A stretch of DNA of 64,000 bases from Lachnospiraceae bacterium. Lineage in GTDB: Bacteria > Bacillota > Clostridia > Lachnospirales > Lachnospiraceae. Of the stretch, positions 10,023 to 20,101 are shown in pieces. A model generated the notes under the pieces. That model made no database searches, had not been told where the DNA came from, and worked only from the letters and a program-made list of their open reading frames with translations. Location of the stretch: contig VSNG01000002.1 of the NCBI GenBank assembly GCA_009774175.1, forward strand, positions 11,095 through 75,094. The letters are read 5' to 3'. The position numbers were made by a program, and so were the translations under genes. Position 1 is the stretch's first letter. Each line of letters opens with the position of its first letter.

Positions 10023-11057
10023 TTACCAATAGCAGGCCTGTTCCACCTGATTTGCACCGGCTACTCGTTCCGATTCCAGCGGTCTTGTCCAGTATTCATT
10101 TACCACATTCCTGCAAAATTCTGCATTTTCATCTTCCCAGCGTCGTCCCAGTATCCCAAACATCAGCTGGGTTGCGCCGCCCAGATGAATGGCGGTCTTT
10201 CCCATCCTTTTGATCTCGGCCGCCAACGGAAACCCATACGCGCCGCAGCCGATAATGGCTACGTCAAAATCTGACTTCCTGCATTGGTCAACCATCCAGG
10301 TAAGCGCCTCAAACCATGTGGAAAATCTGCCGTCCCGCTCTCCCGCAATTGTCTGTACCGCTTTCAATGTATTCAGCTCAAATTCCGGCAGAATATCTTC
10401 CGCATCGTATATACGCTCAAAGATATGCACTCTGTTTTTCTCATACTGGCTTCTGATGGATTCTTCGAAAGGATGCACCACCAGCACCTTCTTTCCTTTC
10501 AATGCATAACTCCACGGCTTGATATTACTACGGGGATATTGATACATATTCCACGGCTCCAGGCGCGAAAGCTGTGTCAGTCTGGTATGGGGCTGATATT
10601 TCACATAGATATAGTCCTCCATATATCTTCCCCATTCGCCCAATAAATCTATATGCGCGCATGATTCCAGCATTAAATCGCTAAATTTTTCCCCCAGACT
10701 CATGTTGTATGGGAAAAAACCGGCATTCGTACATAATTGCCTTAACGCCGCTTCCCGCCCATCCTTTTCCGGATGCATCCGATGTAACAGCGTCTGATAA
10801 ACCATCTTCAACTCGGTATCTCCAAACCGACCGGCCCAAAAGGGCGCGCCGTCCGTAATGGCCCGGCCAATTATTTCGTTGGCCTTCGGCGTTGAAAGCA
10901 GCCACCGTCCGGCCACCATGCGGGGCATGGGCCAGCGCAGCCTGCCGGTAAGCTTCTCATAAATCTGGCTTCTGCGAAAACAAATGTATTCTGATATATA
11001 ATTATATTTATCGAAAAACTCCCAGCACAACCTGTCATCCATGTAACACATCCTCAT
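10023..11057 (-). CDS. hypothetical protein, possible GT-D-fold (DUF1792-like) glycosyltransferase
   Basis: RFGDTELK resembles the RFGDGE motif recalled for DUF1792. VLVVHPFEESI and IIGCGAYGFPLAAEIKRMGKTAIHLGG give a Rossmann-like layout. ATGA overlap with the upstream gene at 11054..11057. Family assignment is from memory only. Confidence 0.4.
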   Translation of the reverse strand: MRMCYMDDRLCWEFFDKYNYISEYICFRRSQIYEKLTGRLRWPMPRMVAGRWLLSTPKANEIIGRAITDGAPFWAGRFGDTELKMVYQTLLHRMHPEKDGREAALRQLCTNAGFFPYNMSLGEKFSDLMLESCAHIDLLGEWGRYMEDYIYVKYQPHTRLTQLSRLEPWNMYQYPRSNIKPWSYALKGKKVLVVHPFEESIRSQYEKNRVHIFERIYDAEDILPEFELNTLKAVQTIAGERDGRFSTWFEALTWMVDQCRKSDFDVAIIGCGAYGFPLAAEIKRMGKTAIHLGGATQLMFGILGRRWEDENAEFCRNVVNEYWTRPLESERVAGANQVEQACYW

Positions 11058-12247
11058 TGCAGTACGTCATTCTTCCCCGAAACGCTCCTGTAAATATCCA
11101 GATACTTTCTGCTTATCTTCTCCATATCAAACTTCTCTACCGCATAAGCCCTGATGGCATCGCTCTGGTATTCCCGAAAATGTGTCATCATTTCCCGAAT
11201 CCCCCGATACAGGGCCTCCTCGTCTTCCCTCTCCACCAGTACCCCTGTCTCCTTCGTCACAAAGGACTCCGGCCCGCCGCTCTTTGTGGAAACCACGGGT
11301 TTCCCCAGCATCATCGCCTCCGCGATGGTACAGCCGAAAGACTCAAACTTACTGGCGGACACAAGAAAATCCATCTGGGAAAGAATCTCATACAATTTCT
11401 TTTTATCCGCTTTTCCGTGGAAAATGCAGTTCTCCCCCACGCCAAGCCGCGCGGCCGTCTGTTCAAACTCCTGTCGGAACGCCCCGTCTCCCACAATATG
11501 CAGTGTAAACCGCATCCCTTCCCGCTTTATTCGGGAAGCTACGGAAAGCAGCATGGGAATCCCTTTGATTTCCCGGTCATACAGGCTTGCTGCCAGCGCG
11601 AAGTTCACACAGCCGGCCATCCGATATGACACAGGCCCAGCCGCCTCATCCTGATAAACCTCGTTCTTCTCCGCTTCTGACGAACGCTGCTCAATCAAAA
11701 CGGCCGGCTCCTTTGGCACGATAATGCCATTATAAACCGTATGGAAACGGTACTTTGGAAAAATCGCCGACAGCTTCTTCGTCAGATCTTCCGACACGCA
11801 GGCATTATATCTGCTGTTTCTGTATACAAAATCCGCATACTGATGCAGCGGGAAATGCAGCACGCCCGACGCCTCGATGGTGGAGTGCTCCGTCACCATC
11901 ACGGGAATATGAAAGATTTTCCCCAAAATAATGGCAAACCGTCCCACCTCCGTAGCCACCTGGGCATGAATAATGTCCGGGTGAAAAGATTTTACAATCC
12001 GTCTCATGGTACGAAACATATACATCCTGTTTCTGATCTTATTCTGCAGCTTATAGGGCGAGCGCCAGACTCGCATCCCCTGCTCCATTCCCTCCTCAAT
12101 CTGCTTCACCTGTCTGTCATAGGGATAATAGATCATGATATTACAGTATTTACTCAGGGACATCGCCTGCTCATAATGAAAATTTCCGGCATGATCCGCG
12201 CCGTCTTTTGGCAGATACCAGCTTACCATCATTAATACGTTCAGCAT
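11054..12247 (-). CDS. glycosyltransferase family 4 (GT-B)
   Basis: FESFGCTIAEAMMLGKPVVSTKSGGPESFV. Size and layout are typical. Confidence 0.85.
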   Translation of the reverse strand: MLNVLMMVSWYLPKDGADHAGNFHYEQAMSLSKYCNIMIYYPYDRQVKQIEEGMEQGMRVWRSPYKLQNKIRNRMYMFRTMRRIVKSFHPDIIHAQVATEVGRFAIILGKIFHIPVMVTEHSTIEASGVLHFPLHQYADFVYRNSRYNACVSEDLTKKLSAIFPKYRFHTVYNGIIVPKEPAVLIEQRSSEAEKNEVYQDEAAGPVSYRMAGCVNFALAASLYDREIKGIPMLLSVASRIKREGMRFTLHIVGDGAFRQEFEQTAARLGVGENCIFHGKADKKKLYEILSQMDFLVSASKFESFGCTIAEAMMLGKPVVSTKSGGPESFVTKETGVLVEREDEEALYRGIREMMTHFREYQSDAIRAYAVEKFDMEKISRKYLDIYRSVSGKNDVLQ

Positions 12248-12259
12248 GTACGGCTCCTT

Positions 12260-13207
12260 TTATCTGCTTTTCAATTTTTCAAACACAGATTTATTCACGT
12301 CAAGTCCCAGCATGGACTTGATCTTTACAATCAGCCCGTGGCGGTTTGCCGCCTTAAAATACCCCCTGTCAAAGGCCTCGTCCCACTGCACCTTCTCCCG
12401 ATGGCGGATGGGAAACCGCACTGGCCGCACCTCCTGTTTCATCCACTTGGGCGCCCGGAAGGTATGCGTCGCTTCTTCACTGAATCCAATATTAAACACA
12501 TGGCTCTCGCGGGGCGCAATATTCAGCTTATCATGTAAAATACCTGCATACATAAGCTGATAATCCCATGTATCAAATTCATGGCGGTACAGGGATTCGT
12601 ATTCCGCCATATAAACCCAGTATGCCTTTGTTGGCAGCACCCGCTTAAATACAGACGACTTTCGGTTTTCAGGAAGGGTCTTTAAATCATAATCATACAG
12701 CTTCCAGGCCCGCCGCCAGGAAGCCCAGCCCCAGATAAAGGGCACTTTGGAAAACAGATAATCCTCGTCGCCGTGATAACAGCTTGCATAGGGATTGTTC
12801 CCGCTGATCATCATAATCCGTTCATCATCCTTATAATACTCCAGCATTTCCTGACAGTAGCGGAAAAAGGTGGGATCGGGCACACAGTCATCCTCCAGTA
12901 TGATAGCCTGTTCCTCCTGCTCGAACACCCAGCTTAAGCCGCTGGAAATCCTTCTGCCGCAGCCCATATTATCCTGTGCATAATTTTTATGCACTTCACA
13001 GTCCCAGTCGATATGTTCTTCGATATAGCTCCGAACCGCGTCCACTTTTTCCTTTTCGCCCGGCACATGGCCTCTGGCCGCGTCGGCTACAATATATAAT
13101 TTCGGCGGCTTTGCTTCTCTGATCCTCTCAAAAACCTGTTTTGTGGTATCCAGACTCTTAAATACGCAAAAAGCAACCGCTGTCGTTAAAACAAAATTCT
13201 CCTGCAT
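12260..13207 (-). CDS. GT-A fold glycosyltransferase (GNT-I-like / HlpA-like family)
   Basis: DNMGCGRRISSGLSWVF and IILEDDCVPDPTFF (EDD motif). ATG at 13207 is preceded by GGGAGA and follows the stop of the upstream gene (13230). The 60 extra N-terminal codons in the track overlap that gene and are rejected. Confidence 0.6.
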   Translation of the reverse strand: MQENFVLTTAVAFCVFKSLDTTKQVFERIREAKPPKLYIVADAARGHVPGEKEKVDAVRSYIEEHIDWDCEVHKNYAQDNMGCGRRISSGLSWVFEQEEQAIILEDDCVPDPTFFRYCQEMLEYYKDDERIMMISGNNPYASCYHGDEDYLFSKVPFIWGWASWRRAWKLYDYDLKTLPENRKSSVFKRVLPTKAYWVYMAEYESLYRHEFDTWDYQLMYAGILHDKLNIAPRESHVFNIGFSEEATHTFRAPKWMKQEVRPVRFPIRHREKVQWDEAFDRGYFKAANRHGLIVKIKSMLGLDVNKSVFEKLKSR

Positions 13208-13229
13208 GTTTTTTCTCCCTCGCCATGAT

Positions 13230-15281
13230 TCACTCAAAACTGATCCTGTAAACCTTCCATCCCCTGTATGCATATTCCTGCTCTTCCAGCACATGGAAAC
13301 GCTGTCTGATCTCCTCCGCCAGCCCTTCTCCCGCACAGGGAAGATAGCAGTAGTTTTTCCTGCCTTCAAAATCTTTTGCCACCACATCCCAATCCGGCTC
13401 TTCGGCCAGCTGACAGGCCGTATAGATCTGCACGCCGTCTTCGAACACAGCCTCGCGCCTGCCCCTGTCAGGATTCCAATACTCCTGCTGCCGGTAATAC
13501 GCTCCGGTAACCGCCCCTACCTCGGCCATCCCGTCAAAATAATAGGTGTTCCCGCCCAAAGACGGAAAGAAAACGGTATCGCTCCCTGCAAGGGAATCCG
13601 CCAATGCCGCCCCCAGCGCATGTTCCAGCCAGAGCATCTGTCTGTTATAAATCATGCCGTCCCCCAGCGGATTGGTATCGGTCGTAATCATGACCGTACT
13701 CCCGGCGGAATATTGAGGAAAGCTCAGCCGCGTCACCGGATCAACGGTACAAAAGGAAGACACCGCCATCAAAACGGCCACACACCCTGCAAGAATCTGT
13801 CCATACAGATGTTCCAGCGCATAGGCCGAAAGCACAATTGCCATGCACATAAGCGCCGGCTGATTTGTTCCATTATAGCGCGGGTGATTTACCGTCTTAA
13901 AAATACAGCTAAAAGCCGTAAAGGCAAGCTGTCCGCACAAAATCGGGAAAAGTCTTTGCCAAACGCCCCTTTCCTTTCTGAGGATACAGACAGCGGCGCC
14001 GCCTACACAAAAAACCGTAAACAGCCAGTTAAACTGTAAAATATATAAAGCCTTTAGCTTCTCAAACACATAAGCGCCGTCTATATGAAGGCCTCCCACA
14101 CCGGCGCTCCAAGGCCCCAGAATCTTGTAAGTGGCAAGCCACAGAATACCCGGCAGAGTCATGGCATAATACCGTTTTGTCCGAAACATCCTTCCGACCC
14201 GCGTCCAGAAAGGCGCACCTGACTGATCAGTAAAATCCAGGACAACAAGGCTTACGCATGTCGTTGCGTAAATCAGAACGGCAGGTTCCTTGGTAAAACA
14301 AAACAGCATGGAAGCAATGAAAAAGTAAATCCACTGCCTCCGATACAAAAAGCACAGCATAATCACAAAAAAACAAAGACAGTAAAAGTCCAGACTGTGA
14401 TAGTATACCATGCCCAGCGTAAAAGGCGACCATGCATATACTGCCGCCGCAAGCGCATACACAAAATCCTGTTTCCCCGGCAGCATACACTTTATCATAC
14501 CATAAAAGGCGCATACACTGCAAAGAAACAGGATGATATTCATGCCAATCATTGCCGCCGCCGTATCCCCCGCAAGTATACGTCCCAGACAGTTCAACAT
14601 GCCATAGGTCTGCGCAATATGCCCGTAAGGAGCAAGGGAGCTGATGGAATCCGCCGCCCCTTCCCGACAGGCAAGATAATATAAAAGCCCGTCCCACTTA
14701 AACTGCACGGCGTCCGGCTCGATCAAAAGCAGGGCCGTCACTGCCAGCAAAAAAAGCAGCCACCGATGAGAGCCCGCCGCTCCCATGACGCGTTCCTTCC
14801 ATCCCCCCGACAGGAGCCCCTTTCCGCTGTCTTCATCTGTCAGAAGCTTTCCGCGCCGGTCTGTCGAAACCAACCGACTTTTTTCATCACCCGGCAAAGA
14901 CTGCCTGAACCGCCCCAAAAGTAGAAAACATCCTGCAAAATTGGCAAACCACAGAATATTCAGACAAAGCTTGCCATATTCTCCCTGTAAAAACAACGCG
15001 CCGCCGCCTCTTAAAAAAAGCAACAGGCAAAGAACCGCGCCCAGGCCTGATATCACCATAAGCTGCCTGCGAAAATCTTTTCCTGCAAGCACAAGGACAG
15101 AATAACAAAACAGCGTATAGAAAAGCATCGTCAGCAGTGAAAAAAGGAATCCGGCCTCACCAAAGGCGCCGCTTTTGTGATGAACCGTCAGTAATCCCCA
15201 CGCAAAATACCCGACAAGAACCGTCCCAATCCCCATCATTAATGAAACAATGCCCATTTGCTGTTTCATCCGTTTTATCAT
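13230..15281 (-). CDS. large polytopic membrane protein, GT-C-like, with soluble C-terminal domain
   Basis: 683 aa with many hydrophobic segments. Acidic/aromatic loop FKWDGLLYY. Non-hydrophobic tail of about 150 aa. GGGAGA before ATG 15281. Confidence 0.5.
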   Translation of the reverse strand: MIKRMKQQMGIVSLMMGIGTVLVGYFAWGLLTVHHKSGAFGEAGFLFSLLTMLFYTLFCYSVLVLAGKDFRRQLMVISGLGAVLCLLLFLRGGGALFLQGEYGKLCLNILWFANFAGCFLLLGRFRQSLPGDEKSRLVSTDRRGKLLTDEDSGKGLLSGGWKERVMGAAGSHRWLLFLLAVTALLLIEPDAVQFKWDGLLYYLACREGAADSISSLAPYGHIAQTYGMLNCLGRILAGDTAAAMIGMNIILFLCSVCAFYGMIKCMLPGKQDFVYALAAAVYAWSPFTLGMVYYHSLDFYCLCFFVIMLCFLYRRQWIYFFIASMLFCFTKEPAVLIYATTCVSLVVLDFTDQSGAPFWTRVGRMFRTKRYYAMTLPGILWLATYKILGPWSAGVGGLHIDGAYVFEKLKALYILQFNWLFTVFCVGGAAVCILRKERGVWQRLFPILCGQLAFTAFSCIFKTVNHPRYNGTNQPALMCMAIVLSAYALEHLYGQILAGCVAVLMAVSSFCTVDPVTRLSFPQYSAGSTVMITTDTNPLGDGMIYNRQMLWLEHALGAALADSLAGSDTVFFPSLGGNTYYFDGMAEVGAVTGAYYRQQEYWNPDRGRREAVFEDGVQIYTACQLAEEPDWDVVAKDFEGRKNYCYLPCAGEGLAEEIRQRFHVLEEQEYAYRGWKVYRISFE

Positions 15282-15306
15282 AACGTTTCTCCCACGTCAA
15301 AATCTT

Positions 15307-16047
15307 TTAATGCCCAAAAATACGCTTTCCCACACAAAATAAGTGATATAATTTATTCACCATAATCTGCTTGTTGTATTCCCATGCCGAAATCAGGTTC
15401 CAATTGCGCTGCATTTTCAACAGATCCAAATATGCCGTCTCCGTTGCGCACATGCCGCCTGCCGTAAAATTGGTAATCACATGGTACACAGGATAAAATT
15501 TCACTTCCCTTTTCTCCGCCATGCGAAGCATAAAATCATAATCCGCCACGCTGGGATAGCGCAAATCAAATCCGCCCAAATCTCTGTATACCGCTCTGGT
15601 TACAAAACAAGCCGGGTGATAAATCATTCTGTCTCTCAGAAACGTATGTGTCAAAAGTCCGACCGATTCTTCTTTCCCGTTCCGCCATGTGCGCATTTCG
15701 CCATACAAAATCTGATAACGATCTTCTGTCATGGCATTTACCATAATTTCTACCGCATTCTTTTCATAGTAATCATCACTATTGAGAATGCCAATCAATT
15801 CCCCTGACGCCATGCGAATGCCTTTGTTCATGGCGTCATAAATTCCCCGATCCGGTTCGGAAACCACTTTCAGCCTTCCGGCAAATTTTTCCCGGTACGC
15901 CTCCACAATTTTCATCGTGTTATCTGTTGAGTTTCCATCCACGATAATATATTCTATATCATGGTAAGTCTGATCCAATACGCTTCCTATGGTCTGTGCA
16001 ATTGTCTTTTCACTGTTATAACAAACTGTTATGATACTGACCGGCAT
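15307..16047 (-). CDS. glycosyltransferase family 2
   Basis: VSIITVCYNSEKTIAQTIGSVLDQT, YIIVDGNSTDNT, PDRGIYDAMNKG. Confidence 0.85.
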   Translation of the reverse strand: MPVSIITVCYNSEKTIAQTIGSVLDQTYHDIEYIIVDGNSTDNTMKIVEAYREKFAGRLKVVSEPDRGIYDAMNKGIRMASGELIGILNSDDYYEKNAVEIMVNAMTEDRYQILYGEMRTWRNGKEESVGLLTHTFLRDRMIYHPACFVTRAVYRDLGGFDLRYPSVADYDFMLRMAEKREVKFYPVYHVITNFTAGGMCATETAYLDLLKMQRNWNLISAWEYNKQIMVNKLYHLFCVGKRIFGH

Positions 16048-16109
16048 AATGCCCTCTCCACATTTCCGTTGCTCCGTCCCCGTACCCGAACATCGTCATA
16101 CATCCGCTT

Positions 16110-17339
16110 TTATGCGTTGTTCCACAGCGCCTCGTAAGCGCTGCCAATCGTCATATAATCGTTGTCCGGCAGCGCTGCCTGTCGTATGCGAATCTGATTA
16201 TCCGCATCCGTGCACCACCTGATCCCCGCTAACAGCTCCCGTGCATCTTTTGCCGGAGCCAGATAGCCGTTATCCAGATGCCTTACCTGATCTTTGATGC
16301 CACCCACGGCAAAAGCAGCCACCGGCACCCTGCACGACAGCGCCTCGCTTACTGTATAACCAAAGGCCTCCTGTAAAGACGGCGCCGCAAAAACATCCGC
16401 GCAGCTGTAAATTTCCGCAAGCTCGTCCTCCTGTTTCACAGGGCCAAGACATCTGACTTCCAGTTTGTCGTTAGTCAGCCGCACGCCTCCCTGATTGCCA
16501 AAAATGACTACAGCGTACTCCCTTTCAGACAACCCGCACAATGCCTCATCCAAGTACTGCATCCCCTTGATTTTATTGTTATCCGCCTGTGTGGCGCCGA
16601 ACAGAATGATCTTCCTGTCCGCCGGAATTCCATACTTTTTCTTTAACATCGGTATGTTATCTCTTCTGTAAAACACATCCCGATTTACTGGATTTAATAT
16701 TCTGACGATCCTTTGTCCTTCTGTGATCCTGCTCTTCCCCGCACAGTCCACGCTCCACTGGCTGGGCCCCACAAAAATCATTTTCCCGCTTTTTATGGCC
16801 CGTGTCTTACGCACAAAGTTCCTGCGGGACAGATCGTTTTCTTTCCTGCTTTCCATATGGGGACAGTTTCCGCAGTCATGAGCATATCCGCCGCAGTACC
16901 CGTCATAATGGCAGCCGCCGGTAAAAGTCCACATATCATGCATTACCCATATGACTGTTTTCCCTGTGGCTAACAGCTTTTCCACGCTCCTGTATGACAG
17001 AAAGGAATTAACCCAGTGAAGCACAAGCACGTCTGCATCCCGCACCATCGGATGGGCAGAGACATCTGTGCCCAGATAATCGCTGATGATGTCTTTTTTG
17101 GACAATGTCAGGTTGATCACATTTTTTGCTTTGGAGCCAAATTTCTGTATCGGATTTTTAAAAATCTCCATAGCCTGCGTATCGTCATGCACTTTGGTTC
17201 TGATCAGAATTTCCGAATCCACGCCGCATTTTTGCATACTCTCACTGATCCTGACCGCTGCCTTATAAGCGCCTCCCAGATCAATCGTCGCCAGATGCAG
17301 TACTTTTACTTTTGATTTTCCCGCGCTCTCTTTATGCAT
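16110..17339 (-). CDS. glycosyltransferase family 4 (GT-B)
   Basis: VKVLHLATIDLGGAYKAA. QEAFGYTVSEALSCRVPVAAFAVGGIKDQV. AAAGGA 8 nt before ATG 17339. Confidence 0.75.
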   Translation of the reverse strand: MHKESAGKSKVKVLHLATIDLGGAYKAAVRISESMQKCGVDSEILIRTKVHDDTQAMEIFKNPIQKFGSKAKNVINLTLSKKDIISDYLGTDVSAHPMVRDADVLVLHWVNSFLSYRSVEKLLATGKTVIWVMHDMWTFTGGCHYDGYCGGYAHDCGNCPHMESRKENDLSRRNFVRKTRAIKSGKMIFVGPSQWSVDCAGKSRITEGQRIVRILNPVNRDVFYRRDNIPMLKKKYGIPADRKIILFGATQADNNKIKGMQYLDEALCGLSEREYAVVIFGNQGGVRLTNDKLEVRCLGPVKQEDELAEIYSCADVFAAPSLQEAFGYTVSEALSCRVPVAAFAVGGIKDQVRHLDNGYLAPAKDARELLAGIRWCTDADNQIRIRQAALPDNDYMTIGSAYEALWNNA

Positions 17340-18061
17340 CTCACAAATCCTTTCGGGAGCTTTATCAAATAATAGAAAAGCGGATAACTGTTTTTCAGGC
17401 TTCTGTCATCCTCTTTTCGCATGAGGTCATAATTATTCACCCGGGAACTGAGTCCCGCCACATTTTCTACAATGCTGACTGTCCTGTCCACATATCGAAC
17501 AGAGCATTTCTGCTTTTTCGCCCTCACAACAAAATCATAGTCGGCACAGATACGGTACTGTTCGTCAAAACGCAGCCGCCGCATCACCTCTGTCCTCGTA
17601 AACAGGGACTGATGGCTCATCATCCTGCCGCTTAAAAGAAGCAGCATCAATTTATGTTTCCCGTGATATTTCTCCAGCTCTTCCCCGTCCGCCCTGCGCC
17701 GCAGTACATTGCCGTATACCAGATCCTGATCCAGACAGGGAAGCATGTCCGCAAGAACCCGCTCGTCATAAAACTGATCGCCACTGTTCATGAAGATCAC
17801 ATACTCTCCGCAGCACAGATCAGTCCCCTTGTTCATGGCGTTGTACAAACCGCTGTCCGTCTCAAATACGGTCCTTACCTTTGGGTCGTTCTCATACTTA
17901 CGAATCAATTCTGCGGTACCGTCCCCGGACAAACCGTCAATAATCAGATACTCCATATCTTCACATGTCTGCCCCAGTACCGACTCTATCGTTTCCACAA
18001 TGGTATCAGCCGCATTATAGCACACGGTAACCACCGAAATTTTTACTTTCCGCATATCCAT
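17306..18061 (-). CDS. glycosyltransferase family 2 (paralog of 15307..16047)
   Basis: ISVVTVCYNAADTIVETIESVLGQT, YLIIDGLSGDGT, TDSGLYNAMNKG. The track start at 18067 is TTG; the first ATG is at 18061. Confidence 0.85.
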   Translation of the reverse strand: MDMRKVKISVVTVCYNAADTIVETIESVLGQTCEDMEYLIIDGLSGDGTAELIRKYENDPKVRTVFETDSGLYNAMNKGTDLCCGEYVIFMNSGDQFYDERVLADMLPCLDQDLVYGNVLRRRADGEELEKYHGKHKLMLLLLSGRMMSHQSLFTRTEVMRRLRFDEQYRICADYDFVVRAKKQKCSVRYVDRTVSIVENVAGLSSRVNNYDLMRKEDDRSLKNSYPLFYYLIKLPKGFVRCIKRARENQK

Positions 18062-18072
18062 AATCAACTCTT

Positions 18073-19035
18073 TCAGGAATCCTTCTCCTCAAAGTTAATC
18101 CGCTTCTCCTCAATCACAATGGGCCTGTGAATAATCCTCGTATTAATATTTAAAATATACTCGCCAAGCAGTCCGATAAAAAAAAGCTGCAGAGAACCGA
18201 TCACATAAACGCCCAAAATCATGGGCGCATTACCCGCCTGAAAATCCCCCCAGTTTACCAGCTTCATAATCAGATAGATAAACGCAATAAGCAGGCTGAC
18301 GCCGGAGGATAAAAAGCCAAGCAGCGTTGCAAGCCGCAGACCCACCTTGGTGTAGGATGTAATACTGAGCATGGCTGCGTCGTAAAGGCTGTAAAAGTTA
18401 TTGTGCGTCTTACCGGCCTTCCGCTTCGCCTGTTCGTACTCAATCTCGATCATATTAAAGCCCGACGCGTATTCCGCCACAATCCCCCGCAAAAAAGGAA
18501 TCGGATCGTCCAGTTCCCGAAGTAATGCTATAAAGGTCTTATCGTACAGTCCAAACCCCGTAAAATGCTCTATCATCTTGACGTCGGACATATTTTTGAT
18601 CAATTTGTAATATACGGTTCTTAAAAAATAGAGCACGCTGGACTCCCTGCTGGAGGTCTTGATCCCGCTGACAATCCTGTGCCCCTTCTCCCATTCTTCC
18701 ACAAAACGGGGTATCAGTTCCACCGGGTCCTGAAAGTCACAGCACATGCTGATCGTACAGTCTCCCGTAGTCTGACACAGACCATGGAACGGAGAATTAA
18801 ACTGTCCGAAATTCGTCACATTAAAAATGGCCTTTATTTTCCTGTTGGCCGCGCAGATTTTCTCAAGCTTGTCCCTCGTGCCGTCCGTGGAGCAATTGTC
18901 GATAAACAATATCTCATAGTCGTACTTGGAAAGAGCCTCCTCCAGCACGTTGACTACCGCATAGCTCATCGGCTCCACATTTTCCACTTCGTTATAGCAG
19001 GGAATCATCACACTGATTTTTTTCTTTTTTTCCAT
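18073..19035 (-). CDS. GT2 polyprenyl-phosphate glycosyltransferase (GtrB/CsbB-like) with C-terminal membrane helices
   Basis: ISVMIPCYNEVENV, FIDNCSTDGT, CCDFQDP, then two hydrophobic helices (LATLLGFLSSGVSLLIAFIYLI, ILGVYVIGSLQLFFIGLLGEY). Confidence 0.8.
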   Translation of the reverse strand: MEKKKKISVMIPCYNEVENVEPMSYAVVNVLEEALSKYDYEILFIDNCSTDGTRDKLEKICAANRKIKAIFNVTNFGQFNSPFHGLCQTTGDCTISMCCDFQDPVELIPRFVEEWEKGHRIVSGIKTSSRESSVLYFLRTVYYKLIKNMSDVKMIEHFTGFGLYDKTFIALLRELDDPIPFLRGIVAEYASGFNMIEIEYEQAKRKAGKTHNNFYSLYDAAMLSITSYTKVGLRLATLLGFLSSGVSLLIAFIYLIMKLVNWGDFQAGNAPMILGVYVIGSLQLFFIGLLGEYILNINTRIIHRPIVIEEKRINFEEKDS

Positions 19036-19070
19036 TTTCGGCCTTTATCCTTCTTTACATATATTGGATA

Positions 19071-19099
19071 AGTTTACCATACATTATGAAATAATACAA
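19071..19099 (-). promoter_or_regulatory. candidate sigma-A-type promoter in the 76-bp gap upstream of 18073..19035
   Basis: The minus strand reads TTGTAT, a 17-nt spacer, then TG-G-TAAACT (extended -10-like). Sequence match only, with no expression data. Confidence 0.2.
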
Positions 19100-19111
19100 C
19101 TTTCCGCCGCC

Positions 19112-20089
19112 CTATCTCCCTGTCAGTAAATGTATTCCCCGAAACAGAAAAATAAATACTCCCGGGCAGTAAATTATCATAACCGCGCTGCATTTCAGGT
19201 AAAAAGGGGTTGCCGTGCTGCGACAGATCTCTTTTTTATGCGCCCGCAGATGTTCCCGCAGCTTACGGATCACTGCCCGGTCATAAGACCTGTTTCTGCA
19301 CATGGCCGTAATCACCGCCATCTCAAACTCCGCATAAAAGCTGCGCAGCTGCCCCTGGTATTTCGGAAATGCCTGCTCAAATGCGCGTTCAATCTCCATA
19401 TATTTTTCAAGGGAATTTGCGTACTTTGGATTATAACCTGAATGGGAAATGCTGCCTCCCCGCATCAGATAATTATAATAGGCGGCGTCCGTAATGACGA
19501 TTTTCGCCGCTTTCCACACCAGCTGGGAAACCATGTCATGTTCTTCTCCAATAGCCAGATTTCCCGGAAATTCCACCGTTTCCAGAAGGGGCCGCCTAAT
19601 CAGCTTGGTCACCGCGGAAGTATTGATATAGCGCGTTATATGCAGATGATATACCATATCCTTCCTGTCGTTGCAGATAATTTCGGAAAACTCTATCTTC
19701 TCCCCAATGGGAGCTCCCGTCTCCGCAACCCGTCGAAGCTGCGAACAGACCACATCGGCCCCGGTTCTTTCGGCCGTTTCATACAATGCCGACAGCATCT
19801 TTCTGTCGATCCAGTCATCCGAATCGAGAAACATCACATACTTTCCTTTAGCCGCCTCAAGCCCGTTTCGTCTGGACAGCGCAAGTCCGCAGTTTTTCTG
19901 ATGGATCACCCGGATTCTTTCATCCCGCTTCTCATACTCGTCGCAGATTTGCCCCGCCTGATCGGGCGAGCCGTCCTCCACCAGAATGATCTCAAACTTT
20001 TGAAACGTCTGTCCCAGAACGCTGTCCACGCACTTTTTCAAATACTGTTCGGTATTGTACACCGGTATGATAACACTGATTTCACACAT
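19112..20089 (-). CDS. glycosyltransferase family 2
   Basis: ISVIIPVYNTEQYLKKCVDSVLGQT, VEDGSPDQ, FLDSDDW. Confidence 0.85.
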   Translation of the reverse strand: MCEISVIIPVYNTEQYLKKCVDSVLGQTFQKFEIILVEDGSPDQAGQICDEYEKRDERIRVIHQKNCGLALSRRNGLEAAKGKYVMFLDSDDWIDRKMLSALYETAERTGADVVCSQLRRVAETGAPIGEKIEFSEIICNDRKDMVYHLHITRYINTSAVTKLIRRPLLETVEFPGNLAIGEEHDMVSQLVWKAAKIVITDAAYYNYLMRGGSISHSGYNPKYANSLEKYMEIERAFEQAFPKYQGQLRSFYAEFEMAVITAMCRNRSYDRAVIRKLREHLRAHKKEICRSTATPFYLKCSAVMIIYCPGVFIFLFRGIHLLTGR

Positions 20090-20101
20090 TCGTTTTCATC
20101 C

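Noticed and set aside
13208-13387. N-terminal extensions of track ORFs (12260..13387; also 49473..50828, 43864..44649, 32809..34698, 35339..36313, 36240..37286, 62080..62898)
   Set aside because: The extensions overlap the 3' end of the upstream gene, are rich in R/W/C, and in several cases start at non-ATG codons. Internal ATGs with Shine-Dalgarno sequences, placed just after the upstream stop, give N-termini typical of the respective families.
13143-14039. 298-codon plus-strand ORF
   Set aside because: It is antisense to the 683-aa membrane protein. The R/H/P-rich translation is implausible for a real protein.
14227-14697. Nested minus-strand ORFs in alternative frames (14227..14697, 20976..21293, 61053..61529, 36466..36786 and others)
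   Set aside because: They lie fully inside longer same-strand genes with family support. Their translations are Cys/Gly/Arg-rich with no motifs.
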